DNA of 64,000 nt. Source: Haliotis rufescens (taxonomy: Eukaryota). The stretch lies in the NCBI RefSeq assembly GCF_023055435.1, contig NW_025963779.1, positions 21,266,001 through 21,330,000 on the forward strand. The letters are read 5' to 3'. A program made the translations under genes and the position numbers. Positions 49,601-63,810 of this stretch are shown in pieces (positions within the stretch are counted from its first letter, which is position 1; each line of letters begins with the position of its first letter). Below the pieces are notes generated by a model. The model had not been told where the DNA came from. It did not search any database and worked only from the letters and a program-made list of their open reading frames with translations.

Positions 49601-51796
49601 ATCCACGCAATTGCGATACGATGACATGCTTCATGCCTGACCACCCGATCCCGTTAGTCGCCTATTACGACAAGCACAGTCGCCTTTTACGGCAAGCATG
49701 GTTTGCTGAAGACCTATTTTCCCCGGATCCTCAATCGGTACGATCGCCTTAGCGCTGATCATTTTGTGGAACGGGCCTTTGGTAATTAGATCAAGAATTG
49801 ACTGTCTTATTGGAAACGACAGTATAAGAATATAGTGATTTGGAAAAGTAAATATTTTCAACGACGTACATGCAGTCCGTATAAGAACACAGTTGCCAGC
49901 AAACAGATTGACGTCACTTTCGGTGTGCCTGTTCTAAATCATGTAAATATAATGTCGTCTGTCACGCGAGCGTATACTTGACATAAACTAACACATCCAT
50001 CGATTATTTATTGACAGGTGAAGCGTGTCAGTGAAAGCTTATGGTTGTGTATCCTTCCATTGACGCATGTCTCCTCAGGTAGCGTCGTCCCTTGTGGGTC
50101 GTGCACGAAGCCGACGTCAGGAGAACAGGAGTAGTTGTGAATAATAGATTTGAGTGTAGCGTGGTTGTGCGGCCTGATCACTCGTCTACAGTACTCGGGA
50201 AATATGGTGGGCTTGTCGCAGAACTGTTTCACTCGAAAAAAATCCATATATGTTTAACAATGTTGATTAGGCCCAAATGAATTAGTTCACCTTTCCCAAC
50301 TTAATGAGGATTTCAGGTATAGCAACGGTCTGAAGTGTGTGTGTTTTTTGTTTGTTCTTTTTCTTCTTCTTATTTTTCTTCTTCTTTTTTTTGGGTGGTG
50401 GTGGTGGTCGGGGGTGGGGGTGGGATGAAGGGGTGGTTAGGGTTGGGTGGGTGGGGGTGGTTAGGGTTGGGGGGGGGGGGGGGGGGGGGGATGGGGGGGC
50501 TTTGCCATGAGGTGATACAGGATTTGTATATTTCAGTGTAACCGTTCACATTCACATGTACATTATATAACAGTTAGAATGTAAAGGCCGCCATTTCAGA
50601 ATCGCGGGAGACCTTATTTTTTCACCATGATATAAACATTATACCAAACTCACATATACACATGAAACTACAATTTAAAAAAACCCACATACAGACATAA
50701 TAGAAATTGATCTATCAGGCAAACAAAGTAGTGTTTTAAGTGACTTGAGAGGATTATATTGGCAGCTGGGACTGCCAATTAGGCCGAACTTAGACTCCCT
50801 TTAAATGTGTAGTTTGTCAGTGTCCATAGTTACGATTAGGCATGTTAGTGCTTTACCCTGCATGTGTGGATAGTGAGGCATGGAAACACTTCCTTTCTCT
50901 CCCCTCTCAGTGTTGGTATGAAACAGATCGCCACCGAGATAACGGTCTGTGATGGTGGGGTGGTGGTGGGGTACCCGACTCTCCGATAATGCTACTCCGT
51001 CCATGCCGTGAGTATGCATAATTGAGGCAGTATAACACGCCCACAAGCCGCAACCATCTCTGTCACGTCATGATAGGCGGGAGGCCGAAGAGCGGGGATG
51101 TATAATATACAGCTAAACTTTAGAACAGTGTAACCAGATGAGGTCCGACTATCGGCGTCATTTTCACGATTGTTAGTAGTTCTGGGTTAGCTGGACACAC
51201 TATTGCGATTCTACTGCACTACTGGACGATCTGATGCCATATTCGATAGTTTGGGAAGCACGCGCATCTTCCCACTACATTGATGTCCAAATTGGACAGC
51301 GTGACAAAACAGCATAGGTCAGCCAAGTCCTGGGCCCACTTGCACAAAGCGTTCTTAGCGCTACAACTATTGTAAGCCTATGTTAAAGTATGGGAGTTAC
51401 GATCATCTTAGCGCTATGATCGCTTTGTGCGGACTTGTGAACGGACCCGTGGGAATCCGGGTGAGAATAGGTCTTCAGCAACCCATGCTTGCCGTACAAG
51501 GCGACTAACGGGATCGGGTGGTCAGGCTCGCTGACTTGGTTGATGCATGCCATCGTATATCATTTGCGTAGACCAGTGCTCAGTGTCAATTACTGGATTG
51601 TCTGGACCAGACTCAATTATTTACAGACCGCCGTCATATAGCTGGAATATTGCTGAGTGTGGTGTTAAACAACAAACAAAACACACAAAAGCTTGTGACG
51701 GTGTTAAGGGACCGCCCCCAAAGATACATTGTTGATATATGTTTATAAAGGTTTAGAGTTTCAATGAAAACAAACATAACTATTATGCAGATGTAG

Positions 51797-51892
51797 CAAT
51801 CTCATTAAAATCAGATCTTAGTTCTCGCTATCGCTCAACAAAGATCTTTGTTTAGCGGCAGCAAGAGCTTAGATCTGATTTTAATGAGATTG
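51797..51892. mobile_element. 96-bp TIR-only derivative of the AcademH-like element, with 10-bp TSD
   Basis: CAATCTCATTAAAATCAGATCT...AGATCTGATTTTAATGAGATTG, the same TIR as 5525-6105; flanks GCAGATGTAG and GCGGATGCAG (8/10 identical). Confidence 0.8.
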
Positions 51893-52609
51893 GCGGATGC
51901 AGTTGAAACATATCTAGTTTATCAACAAAATTTGCTACACAGAAACCAGGACGCAGTATATGGCCAACAGTATTTGTTTCATTTTATGACGTATTGTTGT
52001 TATATGCATGAACGTTAGCTACTAAAGTTACTTCTTGTCGGACCATTGACAGTAGCAATGCAATTTAATCAATCGTTTGTACCAGTCAATCCAGTGATTG
52101 ACACCATGAGCACCGATCCTCGCAAATGTGATACGATGACATGCATCAACCAAGTCAGCGAGCCTGACAACCCGATCCCGTTGGATGCCTCTTACGACAA
52201 GCATAGTCGCCTTTTACGGCAAGCAGGGTTTGCTGTAGACAAAAACTGTTTATTTTACCCCGGATCCTCAATCGGTACATCCCTACTTTAGATACATACA
52301 TTTCTTATTTTAACCACCAAAGCGTAAATACTAAATCCTTCTGACACGTAATTCACGTGTAATCTGACAGCATTAGATGTATATGCTAGAAATAAAATAT
52401 AGATAACTTTCTGCACCGTCACTGAGTGAGTTGAGTTTAGATCAGAATTTCTGTCATGTCGCGGTGTGTAATGCAGGTCTCCCACTGTTACACCTCTGGT
52501 GAAGCCTCCAGGCACTGACATAGTGTTGACCAACCAAGAATCTTACTCAGGCGAACCTGAGATTCGAACCCACGATCATTAACATGAATAAACCTAAAAT
52601 TCAAACAAA

Positions 52610-55600
52610 TCTAGAACACCAACACAACGAACCAGGTCTAGAACACCAGTACAGCGAACCAGGTCTAGAACACCAGCACAGCGAACCAGGTCTAGAACAC
52701 CAACACAACGAACCAGGTCTAGAACACCAACACAACGAACCAGGTCTAGAACACCAACACAACGAACCAGGTATGAACACCAGTACAGCGAATCAGGTCT
52801 AGAACACCAACACAACGAACCAGGTCTAGAACACCAACACAACGAACCAGGTCTAGAACACCAACACAACGAACCAGGTATGAACACCAGTACAGCGAAT
52901 CAGGTCCAGAACACCAACACAACGAACCAGGTCTAGAACACCAGCACAGCGAACCAGGTCTAGAACACCAACACAACGAACCAGGTCTAGAACACCAGTA
53001 CAGCGAACCAGGTCTAGAACACCAACACAACGAACCAGGTCCAGAACACCAACACAACGAACCAGGTCTAGAACACCAACACAACGAACCAGGTCTAGAA
53101 CACCAACACAACGAACCAGGTATGAACACCAGTACAGCGAATCAGGTCCAGAACACCAACACAACGAACCAGGTCTAGAACACCAGTACAGCGAACCAGG
53201 TCTAGAACACCAGTACAGCGAACCAGGTCTAGAACACCAGCACAGCGAACCAGGTCTAGAACACCAGTACAGCGAACCAGGTCTAGAACACCAGTACAGC
53301 GAACCAGGTCTAGAACACCAACACAACGAACCAGGTCTAGAACACCAGTACAGCGAACCAGGTCTAGAACACCAGCACAGCGAACCAGGTCTAGAACACC
53401 AACACAACGAACCAGGTCTAGAACACCAGTACAGCGAACCAGGTCTAGAACACCAGTACAGCGAACCAGGTCTAGAACACCAGCACAGCGAACCAGGTCT
53501 AGAACACCAACACAACGAACCAGGTCTAGAACACCAGCACAGCGAACCAGGTCTAGAACACCAACACAGCGAACCAGGTCTAGACCACCAGCACAGCGAA
53601 CCAGGTCTAGAACACCAGCACAGCGAACCAGGTCCAGAACACCAACACAACGAACCAGGTCTAGAACACCAACACAACGAACCAGGTCTAGAACACCAGC
53701 ACAGCGAACCAGGTCTAGAACACCAACACAACGAACCAGGTCTAGAACACCAACACAACGAACCAGGTCCAGAACACCAGCACAGCGAACCAGGTCTAGA
53801 ACACCAACACAACGAACCAGGTCCAGAACACCAACACAACGAACCAGGTCCAGAACACCAGCACAGCGAACCAGGTCTAGAACACAAACACAACGAACCA
53901 GGTCTAGAACACCAGCACAGCGAACCAGGTCTAGAACACCAACACAACGAACCAGGTCCAGAACACCAACACAACGAACCAGGTCTAGAACACCAACACA
54001 ACGAACCAGGTCTAGAACACCAACACAACGAACCAGGTCTAGAACACCAACACAACGAACCAGGTCTAGAACACCAGCACAGCGAACCAGGTCTAGAACA
54101 CCAGCACAGCGAACCAGGTCTAGAACACCAGCACAGCGAACCAGGTCTAGAACACCAACACAACGAACCAGGTCTAGAACACCAACACAACGAACCAGGT
54201 CTAGAACACCAGTACAGCGAACCAGGTCCAGAACACCAACACAACGAACCAGGTCTAGAACACCAACACAACGAACCAGGTCTAGAACACCAACACAACG
54301 AACCAGGTCTAGAACACCAACACAGCGAACCAGGTCTAGAACACCAACACAGCGAACCAGGTCTAGAACACCAACACAGCGAACCAGGTATGAACACCAG
54401 TACAGCGAATCAGGTCCAGAACACCAACACAACGAACCAGGTCCAGAACACCAACACAACGAACCAGGTCTAGAACACCAACACAACGAACCAGGTATGA
54501 ACACCAGTACAGCGAATCAGGTCCAGAACACCAACACAACGAACCAGGTCTAGAACACCAGCACAGCGAACCAGGTCTAGAACACCAGCACAGCGAATAA
54601 GGTCTAGACCACCAACACACTGAACCAGGTCTAGAACACCAGCACAGCTCGGCAGATCTAGAACACCACTACAGCGAACCAGGTTTAGAACACCAACACT
54701 GCGAACAAGGTCTAGAACACCAACACAGCAAACCAGGTCTAGAACCCCAACACACCGAACCAGGTCTAGAACACCAGCACAGCTCGGCAAATCTAGAACA
54801 CCAGTACAGCGAACCAGGTCTAGAACATCAGCACAGCTAAGCAGGTCTAGAACACCAACACGGCTGAGCAGGTCTGGAACACCAATTCAGCTGAGCCGGT
54901 CTAGAACAAAAATACGACTGAGAAGGTCTAGAGCACCAACACAGCAAATCAGGTCTTGAACACCAACACGGCGAACCATGTCTAGAAAGCCAACACTGCG
55001 AACCATGTCTAGAACACCAACACAGCGAACCAGGTCTAGAACACCAACACAGCGAACCAGGTTTAGAACACCAACACAGCGAACCAGGTCTAGAACACCA
55101 ATACAGCTTGGTACGTCTAGAACACCAGTACAGCGAACCAGGTTTAGAACACCAGCACAGCGAACCAGGTCTAGAACACCAACACAGCTGAGCAGGTCTA
55201 GAACACCAACGTAGCTGAGCAGGTCTAGAACACAAACATAGCTGGGTAGGTCTAGAACACCAACACGGCTGAGCAGGTCTAGAACACCAACATAGCTGAG
55301 CAGGTCTAGAACACCAACACGGCTGAGCAGGTCTAGAACACCAATACAGCTGGGCAGGCCTGGAACACCAACACAGCTGGGCATGTCAAGAACACCAACA
55401 CAGCTGGGCAGGTCTAGAACACCAATACAGCTGAGCAGGTCTAGAACACCAATACAGCTGAGCAGGTCTAAAATACCAACACGGCTGAGCAGGTCAAGAA
55501 CACCAACACAGCTGAGCAGGTCAAGAACACCAATACAGCTGAGCAGGTCTAAAATACCAACACGGCTGAGCAGGTCAAGAACACCAACACAGCTGAGCAG

Positions 55601-57680
55601 GTCAAGAACACCAATACAGCTGAGCAGGTCTAGAACACCAACACGGATGGGCAGGTCTAGCACATCAACACGGCTGAGCAGGTCTAGAACACCAACACGG
55701 CTGAGCAGGTCTAGAACACCAACACGGCTTAGCAGGTCTAGAACACCAACACGACTGAGCAGATCTAGAACACCAACACACCGAACCAGGTCTAGAAAAC
55801 CAGCACAGCTGAGCAAGCCTTGGACACCAACACGGCTGAGCCGGTCTGAAACACCAACACAACTGAGCAGGTCTAGAACACCAACACAGCTGAGCAGGCT
55901 AGAACACCAACACACCGAATCAGGTCTAGAAAACCAGCACAGCTGAGCAAGCCTTGGACACCAACACGGCTGAGCCGGTCTGAAACACCAACACAACTGA
56001 GCAGGTCTAGAACACCAACACAGCTGGGCAGGTCTAGAACACCAATACAGCTGAGCAGGTCTAGAATACCAACACGGCTGGGCAGGTCTAGCACATCAAC
56101 ACGGCTGAGCAGGTCTAGAACACCAACACGGCTGAGCAGGTCAAGAACACCAACACGGCTTAGCAGGTCAAGAACACCAACACGGCTTAGCAGGTCTAGA
56201 ACACCAACACGACTGAGCAGATCTAGAACACCAACACACCGAACCAGGTCTAGAAAACCAGCACAGCTGAGCAAGCCTTGGACACCAACACGGCTGAGCC
56301 GGTCTGAAACACCAACACAACTGAGCAGGTCTAGAACACCAACATTGCTGAGCAGGTCTGGAACACCAATACAGCTTAGCAGGTCTAGAACACAAACACA
56401 CCGAACTAGGTCTAGAACACAAACTCAGCGAACCAGGTATAGAACACCAACGGCTGAGCAGGTCTGGAACACCAACACAGCGAACCAGGTCTAGAAAAAC
56501 AGCACATTTGAGCAGGCCCAGAACAACAATACGGCTGAGAAGGTCCAGAACACCAACACGGCTGAGCAGGTCTAGAACACCAACACGGCTGAGCAGGTCC
56601 AGAACACCAACACGGCTGAGCAGGTCTGGAACACCAATACAGCTGAGCAGGTCTAGAACACCAACTCAGCGAACCAGGTCTAGAACACCAGCACTGTTGA
56701 GCAGGTCTAGAACACCAACACAGCTGAGCCGGTCTAGAACACCAATACAACTGAGCAGGCCAAGAACACCAACATAGCTGAGCAGGCCTAGAACACCAAC
56801 ACGGCAGAGCAGGTCTAGAACACCAACACGACTGAGCAGGTCTAAAACATCAACACAGCTGAGCAAGTCTTGAACATAAACACAGCTCAGCAGGCCAAGA
56901 ACACCGAAACAGCTGGGCAGGTCTGGAACACCAGCACAACGCAACAGGTCTAAAACATCAACACAGCTGAGCAGGTCTAGAACACCAACACGGCTGAGCA
57001 GGTCTAGAACACCAACACGACTGAGCAGGTCTAAAACATCAACACAGCTGAGCAAGTCTGGAACATAAACACAGCTCAGCAGGCCAAGAACACCGAAACA
57101 GCTGGGCAGGTCTGGAACACCAGCACAACGCAACAGGTCTAGAACACCAATACAGCTGAGCAGGTCTAGAACACCAACACGGCAGAGCAGGTCCAGAACA
57201 CCAACACAGCTGAGCAGGTCTAGAACACCAATACAGCTGAGCAGGTCTAAAACATCAACACAGCTGATCAGGTCTAAAACATCAACACAGCTGAGCAGGT
57301 CTAGAACACCAACACGGCTGAGCAGGTCTAGAACACCAACACGACTGAGCAGGTCTAAAACATCAACACAGCTGAGCAAGTCTGGAACATAAACACAGCT
57401 CAGCAGGCCAAGAACACCGAAACAGCTGGGCAGGTCTAGAACACCAGCACAACGCAACAGGTCTAGAACACCAACACGGCTGAGCAGGTCTGGAACATGA
57501 ACACAGCGGAGCACACCAAGAGCCTCAACACAGCTGGGCAGGTCTAGATCACCAACACGGCTGAGCGGGTCTAGAACACCATAATACCTGGGCAGGTCTA
57601 GATCACCAACACGGCTGAGCAGGTCTAGAACACCAACACGGCTGAGCAGGTCAAGAACACCTTCATACCTGGGCAGGTCT
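52610..57680. repeat. 27-bp minisatellite (CTAGAACACCAACACAACGAACCAGGT, then ...ACGGCTGAGCAGGT), ~190 copies
   Basis: Tandem periodicity; homogeneous left half, heterogeneous right half. Confidence 0.97.
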
Positions 57681-60600
57681 CTCACAGAACGCATGTGTTC
57701 TGGTGTATATGGTAATGCATATAATAATAAGAAGCACACTTATAATAGGTGCGAGAACATGTGTTCCATTAAGAGAAATGTCTTGCATTCAAAGCTGTCC
57801 ATTGCCTGTGAACCACATCCATTCTGGGAGAAAACTGGCTACACTGAATATTATCTAACGGTGTGTGTGGTTATAAGCATACGTTTGTTTCCTATTCAAT
57901 CCTTACATTGACTAATATGTCGGTGATAAAACCACATGATGACCACACAAGGTAATTAGTGCGTGTAGCAGACGACATATACATCCATCTTAATCGTCAT
58001 TTCTACTGCAACACATGCATTATTTGTTAATTGCGAGGTGAAATCCCATTCCTTGCTGTAATCACAAATCTCTATTTGCAATTGTGACGTATTTAACGTT
58101 TCCGAAAAGATTTTCAAGTGAAATAAATATCAATTTCAGGTTCTATATGAATCCGGACGGATGTTTGGGTATGAACGAGCGAAGGGGGCTGCAACAAATC
58201 TCAGAAAATCGTGATTTGGGATGCATCGACTTTGGCAGAGAGTTGTGTAAATAGGTAATGAATACAAAGCATTTAACCTACACATTCACACAAAACATTT
58301 GCTCTTTATGTGAAATCTTTTAGAGAAACAAACTCTTGTATGTTAACATTGTATTCTGGTTTATATTAGAGGAGACCATGGAGACGATCGCTATCCTAGA
58401 CATAATAGAACGGCTACGCCACGAAGGAATCAGTTTTGCCGATCTGGTAAGAATGTATTAGTGTATTTCTTCTCTAGTCTCTGAGGTTAATTTTGTAATT
58501 TCTAACTTTTTAAGTCAAATGGCTTCTTTCTGCCAAACATTTAGCAACCTGTAAAACGTGACACATATGTGATTGTCACAATAACCTTGTGTTTACTGAC
58601 CAACAATTGTCTTGTGTAGTATGTACGAGTTTGATAAATATATGACTATGACAAAATGTTTAGTGTTGTGTTTTGGTTGCTTGATGATATATGTATGATA
58701 AATTGTGTTAATTTGCAAAAGGTTACGATAAAAGTAAGTGCAACATCAAAATAGTGAGAATCAGGCTCCATGTCCCTTATGGGCCACCGTAGAGAACGAC
58801 AGCTTCATGGTGTTCCTTTATAGAAATACAAATTAACGCAAGTACCGGCCAGTAATGATTTTATTTATCTGGTGTTATAAACCGATGTGTTTTGTTCCCA
58901 TGGTGACAGTTATTGTGAAATTAGACATATTTTCTGCCCTTCTGCGGGGACGAAAAGCCCCCCCCCCCAACACACACACACACACACTCTAGACTATTGC
59001 CGTTTTTATACCGCTAACTCACCGAGATACCATGCCGCAGTTTAACATGGGTACCCCACGCAGACACACTCAAATTGTGTGTTGTGAGTGTGTATGAGTG
59101 AGCTTTCATATAACAGTTATAACTTGACCCGGAGGCGGTGTATGCATTGAACACAGGGCACTGATCACATGTGTATATCTCCCCTGTATTGACAACAGAC
59201 CCTACAGCACAGCACCCATTTAGTGCATGAGTTATGACGCACGTATCTCTACAGTGGCTATGTGTCACAGGCCCCATGAAAGCAATTAAGACCTAATAGA
59301 ACCTTTCCTGTACACAGTTAGCGGTGACTACCTTGCATTGATACAAAGGCGATCAATGGAGACAACAGGGCACTGAAACCTCGTTTTGCACACGGCAACA
59401 ATGTTTGTTATGTTTCTAAATAGCTATTCATGGCAACACTATTTTGTACCTCATCACCACTCTGAATATTTCATATTTTGTCGCAGACTAATGTCGTTTC
59501 CGTATTCTATTTTGATAAAGGAGCGTTCGAATATCAAGTTTCAGTTTTTTTATAAAACCCGCATGTAAACGTTTACATCGGTACCACAGAAGTGAGACCT
59601 TCATCACTTTGATTACAATATTTCCTTAATGTTCGAACGGCATTTGAGATTTGCTGAAAATTTATTTTGAGAAGAGTACATGTATTTAATTTTCTTACCG
59701 CCGAGTCTATTTGACCCTTTGGGGAATATTTTGTCTTTATTTCCCAAGACAGACATTATGTCTAAGGAATCACTTTAAGAAAAACAAGTTCTTAATTATT
59801 TTATAATTCATTTATTGATATCATGAACTAGGGAAAACTGCCCGAAACTGTAAAATGGAGTCTCCAATAAGGCAAACACCTAACCATTTCCCCAATACTC
59901 CACACAGTCGCTTAGATATTTTGTGAGAATATTATAGATATGCCCACAGTCCGCCCTTGAAGCTTTGAACCACTTGATACTCAGGGATATTTATAGTGTT
60001 TCAGCTGTATCAATGCAGCATTTGTGTTTAACTGCGATAAAACTCAGTGTGCACGCATGCTTAAAAGCGACCTTGACGTTAAACCCCATTTCACCTAATA
60101 TAACCTCTTAAGAAGTCGGAAAGATCGCGGATCTGAGAGCATGTGAGGACTGATTTTACGACGCTTTAAACAGTATTGCAGCAAAATAACGTCGGGGAAG
60201 ACCTGGGACACGCTGGGCAATGGGACAGCAATTTGATGCCTTTCAGGTGGGTGGGTGAATGAGTGAGTATGGTTTTACGCCGCTTTTAGCAATATCAAGT
60301 AGGGGGACACCATAAATAAGCTTCACACATTGTACTCATGTGGGGAATCGAACCCGGGCGAACGTTGTAACCACTAGGCTATTCCAACGCCCCGTATGAT
60401 AAAAAGAAAAGATACCAATACCACGTACAGCATAACCTGGAGAATGTATTCGGGTAAATTTCCATGTATAACAAGTACTTCATAGCTTCACAAAAGTAAG
60501 ATTGCAATCCCGAATGTACGTCCAAGAGTATACGAAAATGTACCAGTGACCATAAACAATGTTACTGCGACCTGTGCTAGATCGAACCTGGCCCCGAATC

Positions 60601-61703
60601 ACCATGTCGGGATACGATAGCAAGTAGCACAATGATTCTGTCCATCACTCGAACAAGGGTCATCGTTGCAGTTAGACGTCCAGTACTTTTGTACTCAGGG
60701 GATACAATCATTGTCTCAAATCGTGTATGACTGGAATTACACTAGGTCATCTCCTCCAATGCGTATTATAAATACGAACTACTTTCCTTAACATGCCTAC
60801 TTTCTACCTTCTAACATGAAATCCCGAGCCTTTTTACTTTGTCGTTTTCTGAAAAGCGTACCATAATCTTTTGTCCATTATCCAGAGTACCATATGTCCA
60901 TTCTAGTGTCATACAATTAAGATATAGTGTAGATAACGGAGGATGACAAATAGTCTTAAACAAGAGTAATCCGAAGTTGACATATCCCCCCGACGTGGCA
61001 TGTCGGTAAACTTTGTGTACCTTCAAATGTATTTAGATTGGCAAGGAAATCTTTTTCCTTGATGCCAAAACCAGAAATATAATGAAGGTTATTAAATATT
61101 GGTTCATGTAGCTCACTTTCTGATGATCTCATGAAATTGTAATAACAATAACTTCGCAGATTCGCATATGAATAGCTCTGTAGTAGCCTCATGACACAAA
61201 GAGAATGTACTAGGTTATGTAGCTCACATCATATATAGTATATGATATCGGTAAATAGTACACCTTTCATTATATTTCAGGGGCTACAAATTAAAAAGAT
61301 GAAAATCTATAAATAACAAACTGCTAGTGAACATGATTGATATGCATAAAGTTTGGTGAATCTCTGTCGCATGGTTTAGAAGATATGCTCCAGACGAGGA
61401 CATTACTCTAAGTTCATCAATTTTCAATTTAATTTGAAAAAATCAACAACAAAAATTCTGTTAATAGCAAAGGCACCACTACATAACCTGCTTGATAGGT
61501 CCTAAGTTCATCATATTTCCAGAAAAAAAGACAAAAATAAAAAATTCTAAAATCTCTTAATAGCAAAAGGCACTACTACTGAGCCTGATTGGTAAGTGTA
61601 CCAAGTTTTGCGAAGCTAGGTTGTACGGTTTAGAAAATATGCTCCAGACAAACAATGATTACAGACAGACGGACAGACATACTGATGGCTACATCCAGTC
61701 ATT

Positions 61704-61835
61704 ATATACTACTCAAAAGAAGTTAAGGATCATCCGATTCTTTCATATTGGTGAAGTTAATCTGTTAAGGCATGAGAGATTAACTATAGTAATATGAAAG
61801 AATCAGGTGATCCTTAACTTCTTTTGAGTAGTATA
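61704..61835. mobile_element. palindromic TA-flanked MITE (Tc1/mariner-like)
   Basis: TATACTACTCAAAAGAAGTTAAGGATCA...TGATCCTTAACTTCTTTTGAGTAGTATA near-perfect TIRs. Confidence 0.8.
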
Positions 61836-62384
61836 TGTCGGGGGGGGGGGGGGGGGGGGGGAGAGAGAGAGAGAGAGAGAGAGGGGGGGGATAAAAAATG
61901 GTTACTTCAAAGGAAGGGACAGAAAGATTAGTGAAAACCTGGTGCTGACCCGTATGAGAAGATAGCGGTGTGTCCTGGTGACCTGTGTGTGAAGGTAGTG
62001 GTGTCTTACATTACACAGTTCACATACACTCTGGAAGATGGTATACAGGCTCTCTTGTCCATCATAAGAGGTGAGGTGAGGTGAGGTGAGGTGAGGTGAG
62101 GTGAAATTGGGTTTAACGTCGCCTCCAATATTATTGCACTTATATAGCGACGTTCTATCATAAGACACTCGTTAATGTTATAAGAATGATGTACAATTCA
62201 GTCCTGCACCAATCAGGTCCACAGCAATTCCCCAAAAGACCTTAAACCAGAACGATGCTGGACACACAAACACACATTACACCTCCCCCATTGGTGCCCA
62301 AACAATTCTATCATTGCTAATATAAATTTGAATCCTTTGAGATAATATGAAAAATAAAACAAATACAACATTGTCAGTCCCAAG

Positions 62385-62390
62385 TTTATT
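62385..62390 (-). terminator. RPLP0 polyadenylation signal
   Basis: AATAAA on - about 87 nt after the stop. Confidence 0.7.
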
Positions 62391-62476
62391 ATTATCTTCA
62401 GGCCATATGGCTTGAAGCCGGCACTGAAGACATCAGATGGCTGAGATGGATGGGAGTCCTGCTGGAGTTATCTCCC

Positions 62477-62620
62477 TTAGTCAAAGAGACCAAAGCCCAT
62501 GTCTTCATCTTCCGACTCAGATTCCTCCTTCTTTGCCTCTACTTTCTCGGCCCCTGCGGAAGCAGCTGGGGCAGCTACAGCGGAGGCAAACTTGGATGGA
62601 TCCTTCAGGTATTCCTTTGT
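62477..62620 (-). CDS. RPLP0: 60S acidic ribosomal protein P0, last coding exon
   Basis: TTGCAG acceptor; [47 protein letters not shown], the canonical P-protein C-terminus. Confidence 0.97.
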   Translation of the reverse strand, partial: TKEYLKDPSKFASAVAAPAASAGAEKVEAKKEESESEDEDMGFGLFD

Positions 62621-63096
62621 CTGCAAGCAAACAGCAATAAATTCAAGCTTAAAATGTTGTTTTTTTAAAATATGGCTTCTTATGCATACGTGGTAACTGA
62701 CAATTCATATGTGGATGTCCAGACAATGTCATAGAAAGTTTCCAAGGCATGAATGTTTCTATAGAAACAAAACAAAATATTGGCCAAATATTTATGAGTT
62801 TGTTTAAGCCAGAGTCCTCAATATCTTAGCCATACCTCACTCAGTCTCTGGTATGAACAGTTGAGGCTGGACAAACCAAGTGGTTGATGGCAATCCACTG
62901 TCCGGATACAGGACGCTGACACACAATTATTAACATTTCGTAACCATACAGCCCTCACTTCAGGCAACTCTTTCACCCATCTTTATTACTGGCTGTCTGT
63001 ACTTCCACAGTCCCAAAGTACAAAGTCATTTGCCCTCACCTTCAGCAAGCTCTCTACAAATCACAGTACCACAAGCATTATGGATGGAGCCATTAC

Positions 63097-63237
63097 CTGC
63101 TCAGCCTCGGGGAAGGTGTAGTCAGTCTCGACAGCAATGGCCAGAAGCCTCTTGAATCCGTTGACAATGGAGTGAGGGGCGGATGCAGCTGTTGGGTAGC
63201 CAATCATCAGAGACACGCTGGCGATGTTGCGCACAAT
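63097..63237 (-). CDS. RPLP0: 60S acidic ribosomal protein P0, penultimate coding exon
   Basis: TTCCCAG acceptor, CAG|GTAATG donor; [46 protein letters not shown]. Confidence 0.96.
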
Positions 63238-63691
63238 CTGGGAACAAATGTTGAAGTTGTATACACCATTCTTCTTAAGTAGGACTCGATTTACGGATCT
63301 TGATTTAACTTGCGCCAAGTGCATGTTGACCAGACAAAATCAGGTTGCACCCTGACATGTACATAATGTTTAAGTATCAGAGCTGACGTCAAGCCCCATA
63401 AGGCATGACAAATTACACATAAAACAGGTGATTATTGATGTAGTATGGTAAATAAACCTTGTGGTTAGTTGTTTAACGCCGCACTAAGCAATATTCCAGC
63501 TATATGATGGCAGTCTGTAAATAATCGAGTCAATCCATTGACATCATGAGCATCGATCCATGCAATTGGGATACAATGACATGTATCAACGAAGAAGGCG
63601 AGCCTGCCCACCTTAGCCCCTTAGTCGCCTCCTTTTACGGCAAGCATGGGTTGCTGAAAACCTGTTCTACCCTGGATCTTCACGGGTCTAC

Positions 63692-63810
63692 GGTGCGCTC
63701 CGGTAGCCTAGTGGTTAAAGTGTTTGCACGTCTAGCCAAAGACCCGGGTTCGATTCCCGTCATGGGTACAATGTGTGAAGGCGCTAAAAGCGGCATAAAA
63801 CCATACTCAC
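63692..63810 (+). mobile_element. SINE family A (internally deleted) in an RPLP0 intron, with 12-bp TSD
   Basis: A/B boxes; TSD TCACGGGTCTAC at 63680-63691 and 63811-63822. Confidence 0.88.

Noticed and set aside
52853-57739. Cys-rich and LRR-looking 350-510 aa ORFs on -
   Set aside because: Products of the 27-bp repeat; frames are broken by 26-bp units and there is no gene context.
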